Assembly: GCA_002189035.1 (NCBI GenBank)
Contig: NEEC01000004.1
Coordinates: forward strand, 5,084,001 to 5,148,000
Reading direction: 5' to 3'
DNA: 64,000 nucleotides
DNA from: Utricularia gibba
Lineage: Eukaryota; Plantae; Magnoliophyta
Positions 50,221-64,000 of this stretch are shown piece by piece. Position numbers and translations under genes: made by a program. Numbering within the stretch: the stretch's first letter is position 1; each line of letters opens with the position of its first letter. Under the pieces are notes generated by a model. That model saw only the letters and a program-made list of their open reading frames with translations, was not told where the DNA came from and ran no database searches.

Positions 50221-51277
50221 CCAGACAGAAAAAGGAAAAAGAAAAACTACACACGACACAAACGATTAAGGTTGATCTGGAAATTCTTCGTTGGATCGAA
50301 TATATACAAGTGGAGGACCGGCCGTGAGGGGGATTCCGACCGACCTTCCTTCAGCCGCGTGAATTAAAGGCGAAAGAAAACAAACAATAAAAAAAGAAAT
50401 GGCCGCCGAGTTTGATTGGCATTGCCTTATTTTAGTTTAAAGGCATTAGGACACGGACACGTGGGGCCCCACCACTGACCCCTGTTGACGGATTCCACAC
50501 GCCGTCCATTTTCTTTTTTTTTTATTTTCTTATAAAATATTTTCAAATTACAAATTCGGGTATGAGAAATTTCCACTATATCATGTTTAATAATTTTTTT
50601 CCAAATAATTACAATAGTTAACCAGTCAATTAACGACGTAGGACACGCGTCGCCCTAATAAATATTTATGCGCACGGGTTATAATTCATATGGGGTCCAC
50701 TCGCTGAGTTGGTTCCAGCTGTATTTTTAGTGGGGGTACTTTTGGAAGAACGGCCACGTGGCTACAATGTTGGGCCTGGCATCGTTATCCAATCCGAGAA
50801 AGACCAATTTCTCTTGATGGACAGTGCGGCCCATTATGAGTTTAAACTGGACTTTCGTTAATGACGATAATTGTAATCAGGATTACATGAAATCATTGCA
50901 ACTATTAATTAGGATTATTTTTTCAAAATGATGCACTTGAAGATTGGGTTCTTATTTAGAATCTTGTTACTAAAATAGTTTTGTTATAAAATACGAACTA
51001 TTTATGTTTTAAAAAATTAAATAAATTATAATTATTTTTTTATTTTTAATAAGTTATAAAAAAAATCATATTCTATTTTTGACCGTCAATTTTCAAAAAA
51101 ATATTTTCGAGATATTATACGCCACAACAGAACTACTGCAGCAACGAAAAAGTTATTCTTATTGGGTGAGGAGCTTTTGCTTTGCGTTTTGCCTCTCGAG
51201 ATCCACGAAAACTGTTTTAACCTAAAGGGGTTTCCATCCCGTTGTTAGATAACCGGAAGGGGAGAAAAGGAAAAGCA

Positions 51278-52242
51278 ATGGAGGAAGTGGGGCAGTTGCA
51301 GAAGAAGTTCCTGGAATACATTACTGCTTTACTTGACGAGGTGTGTACACTCACTCACTCACTCACTGACATCTGAGAAATGTTGACAACTCTGTATCGA
51401 TTTCAAGTGGGTATTGTTGGTGTTTTGGGCAGGGGATTTTAGACAGCCAATTTGGTCAGCTCCAGTTGCTTCAAGACGAGAGCAATCCTGATTTTGTTGC
51501 GGAAGTTGTTACCCTTTTCTTTCAGGATTCCGAGAGGCTTCTCAATGATCTATCCCTAGCTTTGTAAAAAACTTTGTGTTTTTTTTCTTTTCCTGTTTTT
51601 GCAGTGGTTTTCGGTTGGGAACTAACCCAGGATTGTGCAGGTATCAGCAGAATGTGGATTTCAGGAAAATTGATGCTCATGTTCACCAAATGAAAGGGAG
51701 TAGCTCCAGGTACTGGAAAGTTTGCAGTGTGTTGTGTTATTTTAGATACTAAGATTCACAAGTTCTGGAAGAAGGGGAAGAGCATTCATTTGGTGTTCAT
51801 ATTAGCAGCATAGGGGCTCGGAGAATCAGAAATGTCTGTATTCATTTCCGCACTTTGTGCAGGGAGCAAAACGTTGACAAGTAAGGGTTGGATTATGAGC
51901 ATTCTTTCATGCTTGTTACATTCATTTGGAGTGATGGTAGAAATCCTAATGAATCTTGCTCTGTTTTTTTCTTAAACAAAAGGTGTCTTGAGTGCTTGGA
52001 ACAAGTTAGGCAAGAGTATCTGCTGGTCAAGGCCAAGCTTGAAAGGCTGCTTCAGGTTTGTTACAATATTGCAATCTTACCCTTGTTGGATGCTGCTTGA
52101 TATGTACAAAACTTAGATGGATTTGTCAGACTGAAACATGCGAATTTTGTTTCAGTTGGAGAGGCAGATAGTAGCCGCTGGTGGGGTGATTCCTGTATTG
52201 ACACAGTTCTATGAACCAAACTCAAATTCGCACACACACTAA
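51278..52242 (+). CDS. AHP1: Histidine-containing phosphotransfer protein (AHP), 6 exons
   Basis: GILDSQFGQLQLLQDESNPDFVAEVVTLFF, HQMKGSSSSIG with the phospho-acceptor His, LERQIVAAGG; paralogue number is tentative. Confidence 0.92.
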
Positions 52243-52919
52243 CCCTCTTAATGCCGTTTCTCTAGATGATTTGAGGTATCATTCAGCTTGAGATTACTCT
52301 TATGTAAAAAGTGGTATCTAGTATCTTCATGTAATGACAAGGTTTCCTCTGAATGCTGATTTGCTATATCGTAAGCGACTGAGATTAGGACAAGTAAAGC
52401 TCATCATTGCATCATTGCCTGTTCTTCCTTTTTCTACATCTCTTTCTACAATGACTTGCTCCCAAAGTGCAGCATTTATGCCTGTTAAGAAATCTACCGT
52501 AAGTTCTCATAAAGGATAAACTTTCATACGCAGCCAAGAAAGCCTAGAGCGCATTAGCCTATTTTCTGTGCAAGATTTGATCATTTACCATGTTTTTGCG
52601 GGGAGGAAGCAGAATCTCTTTGCTTATGGCAGTGTCATTATGAGCTTCTTTTGCAGTTAAGGTCTCAACAGAAACTCCACTAGTACGTTCCTGTGCTAGA
52701 CACTAGTGTGTGTCAGCATGCAGCTCTATGCACCTAGCACTATGCTTTTTTACTCCTCCAATAAATGTCTTTCATCAAATGGAGGCTTGACCAAAGACAT
52801 TTAAGAGTAAATGGTCATAAATGATGCAATTCTCAAGTGCTTGTTTTTAGGGAAGAACTGGATTTCTTTTGCACAATGTAATGGGATATGATTCAAATAA
52901 GAGAGACCATTGTGTATGA

Positions 52920-55900
52920 TTAATAACAAAATTCCCTCTTCATGGCCATGGATGCTTGGATTTCTTCAAGGGTTTTCCCCTTCGTCTCCGGCACAACCAT
53001 CGCCACAAACACCACCGTCGCTCCGCAAAACCCGGCGAACATTAAGAATGTGCCTGAATGAAACTCATCAACACCAACCACACACACAAAAGGTTCATAA
53101 TCAAGGTATAAAAGATTACCAGTAGAGCTCCAGTCCATTAGGAAGTTGAAGGTGAAGGAGACCACCCAAGCTCCCAGCCAGTTCACCAGCACAACCATGC
53201 TCCCTGCCACGCCCTTCAAGTCGATCGGAAAAATCTACAACAACAATATAAGGTGAACTTCCTAACACAACATGAGGTACTGCAGATATGAGCCAAGTCT
53301 CATGTTTGGTACAACTTTTGAAAACAAGCAACACTAATAATCGAGCAGTGACAAGTTACCTCGGACATTATCACCCATGGCACAGCTCCCATGCCGATGG
53401 AGAAGGATGCGATGTACACCAGAACTCCTGAAACTCCCATCATGGGAGCAGCCCATTCAAGGCTCGAACTTCCATCCTAGTAATAACAATGACAACAAAA
53501 AGTTCTAATGGTGGAAGATTAAAAAATTATATTATAAAACTGGGAGATCGTCTGAGAGTTACCCTAAGGTAAAAAGAAGCCCCAGCCATTGCACATCCAA
53601 TGCATGTTCCAGTAGCTGATACCTGAGGTGGTCGATTGTTATATGCTTCAGATATTATCTTCATCTTTGGATTCTGAATTTTAAAACACTCCCTTAAACA
53701 TATACTCACCATGAGAAGAGGCCTCCTTCCACATTTATCCATCAGCATTGCTCCAACTATAGTTATGGGCACCTGCGTTTAATCCAGAAGACAAGAAATT
53801 CATTTTTCTACTTTAATTCTCATTCACAGCACAGCAAACATGCATCTAAAGCCATTGAGATCAACCTGAATTGTTGCATAAAGAATGGTACCGATTTTCG
53901 CCACAGAAGTAGATCCTACAAAATCAGTTCTTGAGTTGAAGTAGAACATAGTCATGTCGAACCATTTGAGTTACCAGCTTGGGTGAAGATCTGAGTAGAA
54001 TAGAACCCGATCCCATTTATCCCCCCAGTTGCTGTAAAACCATCAGCCCCACACCAATCTGCCATGAAGAAACAGTGTGTATGAATCATGTATCATAAAC
54101 CAAAACACCTACATCCGGAAAAGGAGCAAGGTAAGGAAGTTGGTTTATGGGGTATATCCATTTCAGTTTAAAACTCGGATACAACAAGGTGAACGAGCTC
54201 TTACAACCAGAGGACGAATATTCCTGGCACTGAAGAGGTCTACAACCCGAGTTCGTGGGATCTCCTTCAGAAAATCTACGCTGGACTGGATAACATGCCA
54301 CCAACAAAACAATAAAAAAAAATGTTGATAAACAGTTTATATTTACATTTCTCCCCACCTGAATTTCAGCAGCTTCTGAAGAAATATCAGCATCCTTTCC
54401 TCGAAGCCTCTGGAGAGCAGTTCCAAATTCCTTCTCTCGCCCCACCTTCGCCTACATCAAGAAAAGCACACACATGCAGACATATTTTTCGGATTTCTAA
54501 TTTAATAAAATAAATATCATGATCGGAGCGTGGAGAAAAACTCACCAGCCACCTTGGAGATTCCGGGATAAAAAACAGACCTAACAGAAGCAGAACGCAA
54601 GGCACCAGCCCTTCCATTCCAAAAAATAAAAAAAAATCAAATTAAAATCTTATTTAATTTATTTTTTAATTTAATCGAAATATGTCATCCAAATTAGGAC
54701 TCACCGGTTAATGCCAACATTCTCCATGTAACGAATGTTCCCAGTACATACGCAACCGATGATCCACAAACAATCATAAGCTGTGGAAATTAAATTCACG
54801 TGATTATATTTTAAAAATATTTATATAATTATATTTTTTAAAAACTTTTATTTCACGTAATTTTTCAAAAACATATCTAAAAAGCAATAATGTTTTAAAT
54901 TATAACTATATAATATGTATTTACTTATATTTAAATAGGTTACACTTAAAAAAAAGGTTATAGAATCAATTTAAACTAATCTCACATTGATTATAAATAA
55001 AAAAAAGAAAAAATTAAGTAAATAATCATATAAATCTTGTATATAAACATCAAATATATTATAATTTTAAACATGAACCCACATCAAATTTATAATAATA
55101 AAATAGTTAAAAATTGTACCTGATTGAGAGTTGTGAGCCCACCCGAAGGTGCTTAGGTGCTATTTCTGATATAAATACCGGGACCTGTCACGTTTGTTAG
55201 TTATGGGAAAAAAACATTAGGATGATTATTTAATAACCAAATGCTATCATTAATAACAGCGGGCCCCATTTAGGCAAATTCCGCTGTCAACCAGCTGGAA
55301 ATTGTAATAAATAAATAAGTATATAAAGTAAAATATATTTTTTACCACATAGGAGAATATTCCTATTCCATATCCCGCAGAGAATCTCCCCAAGTCGAGT
55401 GCCCGAGCTCCCTTCATGAATCAAACTGTGAATTTTATAAGATTCACCCGATACTTTTTACCTTTTCTTTTTCACCATTTACCTTGGCGAAATAGACTGA
55501 AAGCCAACCTATTATGCAGAAAACAGCGGATAGCCGCATCGCCTGCTCCCAGGTGAAAAAACAACGTTAGTCACTGCCTCCAATCAGATGAAATGGATGT
55601 CTTTTTTACCCTCTTGCGACCGGTGAAATCTGAGATTTTCCCACTCGAGACTGCGCCGAGCATAGCTCCGATGGTGAGTATGGATCCAAACATTGAGAAC
55701 TAAGAGCAGAGAGGGCAACAGTCACCCCATGTTGGAGTCTGCGCTACTGCTTTTTCACGAATCCTGGGCTGAAAAAAAACAGATACCTCGGATACCGATA
55801 AGCTGAAATCCCGAATGATGGCGTACTGGGTCGGAGAGGAGTAGCCGACCTGCAAGGAAGAGTGAAAAAGGCTCACAGTTGGAGGAAGAAGAAAGGGGTG

Positions 55901-56050
55901 TCGTGCTGCGATTCGATGCAGTGAAACTTACGCATGATCCGAATTGGAAAGATCCGCAGACCGCGACGAGAGTGCTCAGCAGAACAATGGATATGGAGCC
56001 ATTGCTGTGGCCCCGAGAATGGGCCTCTGCAGATCATCCTCATGAGCCAT
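52920..56050 (-). CDS. ERD6-like (ERD6-like 16 type) MFS sugar transporter, ~17 exons; three 1-bp frameshifts as assembled
   Basis: [15 protein letters not shown]|[49 protein letters not shown]. The frame is restored by +1 base at 56011-56014, 55142-55144 and 54021-54026. Confidence 0.9.
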
Positions 56051-58270
56051 ACCGTCAGTCGTTGAGGAGAGAGGATGAGCTTCTTCTTCTTATTTTTGTT
56101 CTTCTTTTTGTGCAGTGCAGATTAGTTCTGCCATGGCAGAGATTATATAATGAAAGTTCCATGAAGGCCCCACTTGAGATATGAATTAAGAATCTTCTGT
56201 AGATATTTTTAGAAAATTCATTATCTTATACCAGCGGCGAACGCCCAAAATATTTTACAGAAATATCTGCCCACTTTTTTCGTTGTCATTAGTGTCCAAA
56301 TGAAACAAAAAAACATTTCTAATAAATTTCAATATTGTTGAATATCTGAAAATTAATATATTTTAAATTAATTTTCATTTAAATAAATTATTAAAAATTT
56401 TATTATTTAATTTTATAAGAAATAGACGTTTGATATATGTGTTTCAAAATAATAATTTATAAATAAATCAATCAATCGAGATTTTTATGCAAATTTTAAA
56501 AAATTCATTTGTTTCTCAAAATTTCTTAAAATTCTAGATTTTACCCTTTCAACTTACCTATTAAACTTGAAATTAAAAAGTAATATTAATCCTTTCTTCC
56601 ACAATGGACATTTATTTCACTATTTAATTGAAAAAAAACAAAATACTTCGAAATCAGGAAAATGAGATGTGGTTAGGTGAGGATGAGCTGGTGCCATGTG
56701 GAATCAAAACAGCATTCCCGAAAAACACCTCCAGTTCCAAGTGAACGACACTTTTGTAAGATAGAGACAAGGCATGTGAGGGGAGGTATCCACATCAATA
56801 GAGCGTCAGGTGCAAACTGGAGAGGAGTAAGAAGAAGAATAAGAATAACCATCCACATGTTCCCACAAAAACGCAAGATGTAAATAAAATAAGATGATAA
56901 TTTTTTTTCTATATTTCTTATATATTTAAATTTCACGTATATTTATTCGATTCATCTTATTCTTAATTTCACCAATCATGTAAACCTGATGTGTAACTGT
57001 CAGAGCTTTGAGGGAGATCCTCAGCCATCTTCGACGAGCATGCTCATCCCCTATACCAGAAAACCCCATCTAGTTCCATCGGACCGGCCGGCGCCCGAAA
57101 AAAAAAAAGAAACCGCATCTGGGATGGATTAATATTATTTTTCAATAATTTTTTATCGGGCCGAAGCGGCCCAGACCCGCCAACAGAACGGGCGAACGGC
57201 CCATCAGTGTCTGGATTGGCCTCCCTCTCTTCATCCGTTAAATTTGGGCCCCAATTATGCATTTAATTGGGCCGATGTATAATTTCAGCCCAATAATACG
57301 GCCCAAGAGGAAGAAAATAATATTTGGAATATTTTAATTAGAAGTAAAAATCACTGTCGCAAAAGGTGTTTAATTGCCTGTTGCACCAACCGTCAACATG
57401 TTCTTTCGGTGCAGCTGCTCCACAGCGACCCACCCAACGCCATTAACGAATGATGTGAAATATCTTACGAGGAAAGATATCCTAAAAAAAATAGGCTATT
57501 AAAAATAGAAATTACAACTTGCTTACTAAATTTAAATATTTTGAAATATATTTTAAAAAATTATTTAATCCATAACTAAAATGGATGAATGTCTCCATTT
57601 TATAATTTATTAATTTGTGTAGAAGTTGTTGGATTAAAAAATATTAAATGGGAGAGAATATTTGACCATTTTCAACTACTTGAGTAGTTACCTTTTGATT
57701 TGGATCGCTTGTGTTCCTCTGTAAAAAAGGAACCGACATTTTTGGCGATCGAGATTCTCGCTTCTCTTTGTGATCGGTTTCACTTTTACCTTTTGGAAGG
57801 TCGTAGCTGCGAAATTCGGGCTCTGCGGATCGCGGAATTTTTTTTTTAATAATTCTCAGGTTTCTTCTTCTGCAGTCGCCGACTCGCTGTAAGTTACTGG
57901 AGTTTGATTTGACCATTGCATTTGCGGGCGCAAATTTTGTGATTCTGCTGATTAGTGTTACTGAGCATCGTTTGATACTCGAGTGTGGGTAACGGAAGGA
58001 AAATGAATGGTCTTATTTAATGATCTTGGTTTTTGTTATCGTAAATTGCGGTTGGAGCCAATTGTGTGCTTTTACTGAATAGATTTACTGTTTTTTTCTG
58101 GACTCGTTTATTAAGGGATGAACGTGATAGTAGCATTAAAGTAACTTCTGGATCATGATAATTTGTGTGTGATATGATTTTTCATTCAGAAAAAAAGGTT
58201 TTATTTTTGCTCTGATATTTGGATTTGCGTTTCAGCGAATCGTTTACAATTTGGCACTTACTCTGGAATC

Positions 58271-60273
58271 ATGGATACTCAGCTGCTGGAGATCCATCCA
58301 CGTGAACTCAAGTTCTTATGTGAGCAACTTGCTATTTAGAAAACAAAATGATTGCAACCACATTTTTTTATGCATAATTACTTTCTTTTTTGGGTTTCCC
58401 TAGTTGAGTTGAAGAAACAAAGTTCGTGTGCTGTTCATCTCACTAATCTTACGGATCAGTATGTAGCTTTCAAGGTTCGGAATACTCTGACTTGTATATA
58501 TATTTTTTAAGCATGTAATGCTTGTGATGTAAATAGACTGTCCCTCAAATATTCTTTAGATTAACAAAGTGTTTGTACAACTCCAGGTAAAGACTACGTC
58601 ACCAAAGAAGTATTGTGTCAGGCCTAACGTCGGTATAATCAACCCAAAGGCAATATGCGATTTTACAGGTGCTTGGATTGAGCCATTGTTCAGCACTCAG
58701 TTCATTCTTTTTGCCTTTTTGGGGGCTTGGAAGAGATTTTTCTAAATCTTAGCATATATGTTGGTGTCTTGTATGTTTTTAATAAAGCAAATGAGAAGGA
58801 TGTTACCGCACCCAAATGCTAGATGTACTAATTTCTGTATTTCTGGATTATGGAAATTAGATTTCTTACTTACAGGTTTCATGTTTACTTACCAGATATC
58901 TGTTTGATATTGTTCCTAGATGACTTATTTTGTAGATACAAGTATCTGTTTTAGGACATCTTTTGCATTTGAAAAAGTTTCTATCGGATCTTTTAGGAGT
59001 GGATCTTTTACTTAACAATCTTGCTGCTGACAATGGTATGAAAGAATTGCTGACTTGAATCCTTTTACACAGTCACCATGCAAGCACAGAAATCAACTAT
59101 GCTGGAGTGCAAGGACAAATTCTTGATTCAAAGCACAGTGGTGCCATATGGCACAAACGAAGAGGATATTACATCGAGCATGGTTGGAATTTTCGCTGCA
59201 GTGCACTGCTGCTGAAATTGATTTTCGTTTTTTTTTAATTTCTCCTTTTTTTTTTTGGCTTCTGGTAGTTTTCCAAAGAAAGTCGAAAGTATGTTGAAGA
59301 GACTAAGCTGCGGGTGGTTCTTGCAAGTGAACCTAACTCTCCCTCAATGCCACCAGCTGAGACTGTCGTGAACGAAGAGTCTGTTTATGAAAATCTGAAA
59401 CCGAAAGAACATTCACCTGTTAATGGAGTTAATAAGCAAGAGCCATCATATGAAACAGTGAAGCCGAAGGATAAATTGCAGAATGGAGCTGAAAACTTCC
59501 CTCCGGATATGGTATTTAAAATCTTACGTAGTTCTACATATGTTTTGGTGAATAGGTGACAAGATCAACGTTTCTTGTAACTGATAATGATATGCTTTAA
59601 TTTTCTCTCTCTCTTTCTGGATGCAGCTGCTTACAAAAGTAGAGGAACCTATAAATGACGAGAACAAGGAGGAGCCCAAATCGGTAAATGACATCGACTG
59701 TAAGAAGTTGGTGCCTGCTGATAGTGAGGAGCTTCACCGTGACCATGGAGTAAGACAACTAAGTGATGCAGCAGAAACCAAATCAGAGCTAACAATTGAT
59801 GCTGAAGAACTGAGATCAACCATTACCACATTGACATCCAAGCTATTAGAGGTCAGCTGTGTGTAAACCTGTGCATTTGACACTTCTGCAAATGCTTTTG
59901 TTTCATCATCCCCCCCCCCCCCCCCCCCCCCCGATGTCTTCTGTGTTAATTTTCTCCCTCCTACACAGGCTGAAAACATGATCTTGAGGGTGAAAGAAGA
60001 GAAGATCAGCACCTTAAATCAGAACAAAGCACTCCAACAAGAGTTGGTGAGTTAGTCTTCGTACGGTCCTCAATATGTCTGTCCAATCTGTTTCCCGAAT
60101 CCTGCCCTTGAGACTTCGCTATTATTCTCACACAGGAAACCGTGGCTGGAAGGATCAAACAGGAAACTACAAACGAAAGGAGAGTTGCACGAACAGTTCA
60201 AGTTGGTTTCCCGCCCTTGTTCGTCTGCATGGTTGCACTCATCTGCTTTTTCATGGGCGCCTACATGTTCTAA
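58271..60273 (+). CDS. VAP27: Vesicle-associated protein (VAP27/VAP2-2-like; MSP domain, coiled coil, C-terminal TM), 8 exons
   Basis: LLEIHPRELKF, YVAFK|VKTTSPKKYCVRPNVG, CKDKFLIQSTVV, GFPPLFVCMVALICFFMGAYMF*. Confidence 0.93.
59910..59932. repeat. C23 homopolymer in a VAP intron
   Basis: Read directly from the sequence. Confidence 0.9.
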
Positions 60274-60613
60274 TCCTAAGGTACTGGGCTAAAGACTTAC
60301 CATTCGATAATCCAGGGATGCTTTTATACATGCCAGACTATTTAAAGGTCGCTTTGGTTAGGATTAGCCATCCTGTGCAGTGTGATGCTTCTTTACTGCA
60401 AACCCGTCAGATAATCGTATGTAACACAACTCATTTTAACCAATAAATGGAAATGGAACTTTCACATCACTATGCTGTATGTGTATTTATGTACATTACT
60501 TTATTACACCAAGCTGCTCGATTACAATACCATACGTATGTGCACAACATAGATACTGACCGTGCATAGTTTTTGGATGGCTCTAGTGCGTGGAAAGTGT
60601 AGGCCTGTCTTGT

Positions 60614-63521
60614 TCAAGTTGGCTCCTCTTCTTCTTCCGGAAGATGAGGCAAGCTCTGTTCAGTTGGCGAACCGGGTACATATGGAACGAAGCCACGGCC
60701 ACCAAAAACCGGCCGCATGATTGCATTATCGAACTTTCTCCAGTAGTAGTGGACCGTTTTAGAAGGCTTGGTTAGGAGCATTCTCAAACTGTGTGGCCGG
60801 ATTATGCTGCGAACGCCGTCGGAATTGATGCCGTTGTCATTGAAAAGCTCTGCTACGGAGTCCTGGCCTTCACCCAGAAGTGGCACGACGAAGGATTTTG
60901 GGGTGTCTGGGTCTGCAGAGAGCATTCTGTTCAGATGTTTAGATGGAGGAATCAAGAACATTATCATAGGTTTCGTCAGCAATCCGAACACCTGCAGCAA
61001 CAGAGGTATATCAACATAATAACGAGATCCGAAGAGGATGGGTGGAGGGAAAGATTTCTAAAAAAAAGCACAATGTCTCACCACTGTGCTGAAGAGAACA
61101 ACCGTTATGGTACTAGTGATCATGATAGCGCTCCCCTGTTGCTGAGTATGTCCTCCTGTAGTGAACTGTATCACCAGAAGAGTGGAGAAGTTGGTTTTTT
61201 CTGTCAAGAAGATGACCCATATTTGCTGAACACATGTGCAATTGGAAACGAAATTTTACCTGGTTGTACGCCAGAGCCATTGAGACGGCGCCTCTCATGA
61301 GCCCAGCCCACCATATAATGACCTGAAGTTTTTAGGACAATTCACTAACTATCCCAACTTACAGTTAGAATCCTACGGAAACCAGGATCTTACTTGCTGT
61401 CTGAGTGAGACTTTCTCAGACTGCTTCTTCTTAGTCAAGTTTGACAGGAATGACAATGGGAAAACGAAGGCAGCCCTGCCTAACAAAACTAGTCCCAGGA
61501 GAGTTGCACTTGTCACAGCCATGGTACTCAAGCTTTTACTGACGACACTCCATTTCTCAATATCTAAAGCATCCATCCCAACATAGAGAAATATGAAGAT
61601 CTCAGCAAGAAATGACAATGTTGCAAATGTGTGCCTGCATCATGTTGATTTGACTATTAGCAAGATGTCAGATTTCATATGCAACACTGGACTAGATTCC
61701 ACGGTCATCTTACTTGGTCGTAATTCTTGAATTTTCAGTGACATTATGCCAGGTATAATGGGACATTACGATGCCACAGAAGAAAACCGTTAAGATACTG
61801 CTCAAATTTGAAAGCTGCAGGAAAACTCAGATTAGAACCGTTAAAAGCCGCATACGTGTTATCAAGGAGCTTACCTCAGCCAACATGTATGAAAGGTAAG
61901 CCATAAGCATCATGAAGGCTACCTCAGGATCAGTGGAGTGCCTGCAGCTCATCCAAAAAGTTCAATATAATAATATCTAAACAAGTGCTGATCTTAAGAT
62001 CTAAACTCAAAACAAAACTGGGGGCAACAACGGAAATAAATCTCATACGATCATAAAAACAGGGCAACAAGGCCACCAACCTTCCAAAATAAAGTGTCTT
62101 GATAACGTAGGCGCTAAGCAGTCCAGCCTAAGATAAGAGAAAACAGTCAGGAAGAACCTAAATTGGGCAGCCCTCACAGAAAGACGAGAGAGAAAAGAAC
62201 TCACAGCAACCCCAAAACTGTGCTGGTCGCAAACAGGTAGAAAAAATTTCCAACTAGCTTGAAGGCAATTTCGGTATTGATGTGAGAGAGGTCAAAATTA
62301 TGGACAGCATTGAAGAGCACCACAGATGTTGCGTCATTTACAACACCTTCTCCGAATACTAGACTGTATAGCAATGGTGTTTCGTCTTGACTGAGAACCT
62401 ACAGAATTAAAATCTCAAGTAAAAAATTTAAACGTCAAAATTAAAAGAGATAAAGTTACCTGCAACGTGCAGACTGAATCTGTGGCAGCAAAAATTGTTC
62501 CAATGGCTGAAATGAAAAAAGTTCAGGAGATGATATGATGCGTTTCAACTTGAGAGATGTGCGACAGTGAAGTATATCATACCAAGATAGTCTCCAATAG
62601 ATAAACCAAGATCCATTTTCCCGAAGATGGCAATGGATCCTAAGAAATGGATTTGAAATTTCAGAAACCAATACTTTGTAGAGATCAAATGAAAGAACAC
62701 AAAAACCATGGAACATTATAGTTTCCATACCCAGGGATATCACTATGAAAGATATCAACGTCCCAACTGCACCATAGAGCATTATAGTTGAGAAGTTGCG
62801 GAAAAAATGTTTCTTCTTAACCTGGAACCTGATCAAAGATTGACCCAAACAAAAGAAGTTAAATTAACCACAATGTCATGATAGAAGAAAATGCGAACAC
62901 TCTAAAACAGTGATATACGATAACTCTGAATGTTGAACAACAAGAATGTGGAAAACGTCTGGGATATTTCCAACTAATTTCAAATGATGAAACGGGATGA
63001 TTTTCAGTGCACATGAAAGAATGTAAGCATGAAATTATATTATAATGGAAGAAGGTAATACAAAGGGAAAACCAAGCAGCTGTATCGTAAAGCATATGCA
63101 GTGTCTGAGCTACGAAAAATTACCCCGCATTAAAAATGATAGGCGGTAGCAAGTAAATGAAGAAAAGGTCCTCGCTGAATACCAAGAGGTGCGAGCTTTT
63201 CCCGCCACTTATCAACAGAATAACAACTCCTGTTCCTACACCCTTTTTGGTAAAAAGCAGTGGTCATTTGTAGTTGGCGAGAAAAATATACTAAAAGATA
63301 CAAGTCTGTGCGTGCACAAAAGCTTGGCAGCATACCACTATGAGAGCTGTTATAGATTCATTTAACCATCGATGTTCTTCAAGTAGATGACCAATGACAA
63401 TACATCCAGAAAGAAGAGTGATAAATAAGGTTATCGACACCACTGAAGCATAATCAGATGTTGACACAGCATTCATCATCTCAAGCATTGATCCCGAGGT
63501 GAACCCCATGCCATCCACCAA
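60614..63521 (-). CDS. NHX: Vacuolar Na+(K+)/H+ antiporter (NHX1/2 class), 13 exons; one 1-bp frameshift as assembled (C4 62210-62213)
   Basis: Amiloride-binding motif LFFIYLLPPI, ATDSVCTLQ, FGEGVVNDATS, WWAGLMRGAVSMAL, VHYYWRKFDNAIMRPVFGGRGF. The start could be 63521 or 63509. Confidence 0.93.
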
Positions 63522-64000
63522 CTTAAACAGGAAATTTTGCAGATCTCAGCAGTAAAAGACTCTTCCTGAAAAATACGATAAAATCACCTTAAAAGACAGG
63601 GAATTCAACACCCCCCCTGTTTCAACTCAAACATCCCATACATAGACGCAGTTCCAAAACACACAAAAAAAGCCTTTACCCATTTATATATAGCAACTCA
63701 TATTACATCTATCTCAACTTTCTATAAATGACAAGGAAAATTCATTATATGAAGGGGCGAGTGGTATCATCTTAGATCAGTTTAATTGTTCCATTTCCGT
63801 AAATTCACATGAGCTACCGGTTATCTACCGGATCACGCGTTTACAAAAGGCGAGATTAGAACGCAAGAAAGCTTAAGTTCACATCGCCGAAAACATTGAA
63901 GAACTAAAAAACCTCCAACTCCCAGAATCTCATCTCACCAGCGACCGCAAAACAAACAAGCGAAGGACGTCTGCCCCTTCCACCAACACAATACAAATTC

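Noticed and set aside
56807-56816. miR530-like sequence
   Set aside because: Only 10 nt match and there is no fold-back precursor.

Overview
This is gene-dense, small-intron flowering-plant (eudicot-like) nuclear DNA with 20 host protein-coding loci in 64 kb. In order: cyclin T1 (partial), two tandem carboxylesterases, an HMA5-type Cu-ATPase, RanGAP2, a small conserved plant protein, NF-YC, TSJT1/Wali7, a NIP7 aquaporin, DsPTP1, a HIPP, MPK16, PP2C35, SAC3B, eIF2B-epsilon, a PNRC/Edc1-motif protein, AHP, an ERD6-like sugar transporter, VAP27 and a vacuolar NHX. A full-length but inactivated PIF/Harbinger transposon (3949-7673) lies between the two esterases. I found no CRISPR array, rRNA or tRNA, and no wholly new multi-gene system. 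Caveat: 12 one-base frameshifts in 7 host genes can each be repaired by adding one G/C (11 in obvious homopolymers), which points to consensus errors rather than pseudogenes. The best leads are an intronless eIF2B-epsilon with an altered NF motif, an HMA5 whose second metal-binding domain has lost CxxC, a 4-bp duplication truncating MPK16, a PNRC/Edc1-like decapping-activator candidate, and a NIP7 with an S-I-G-R filter. Family assignments come from recalled motifs and homologue sequences; no database search was run.
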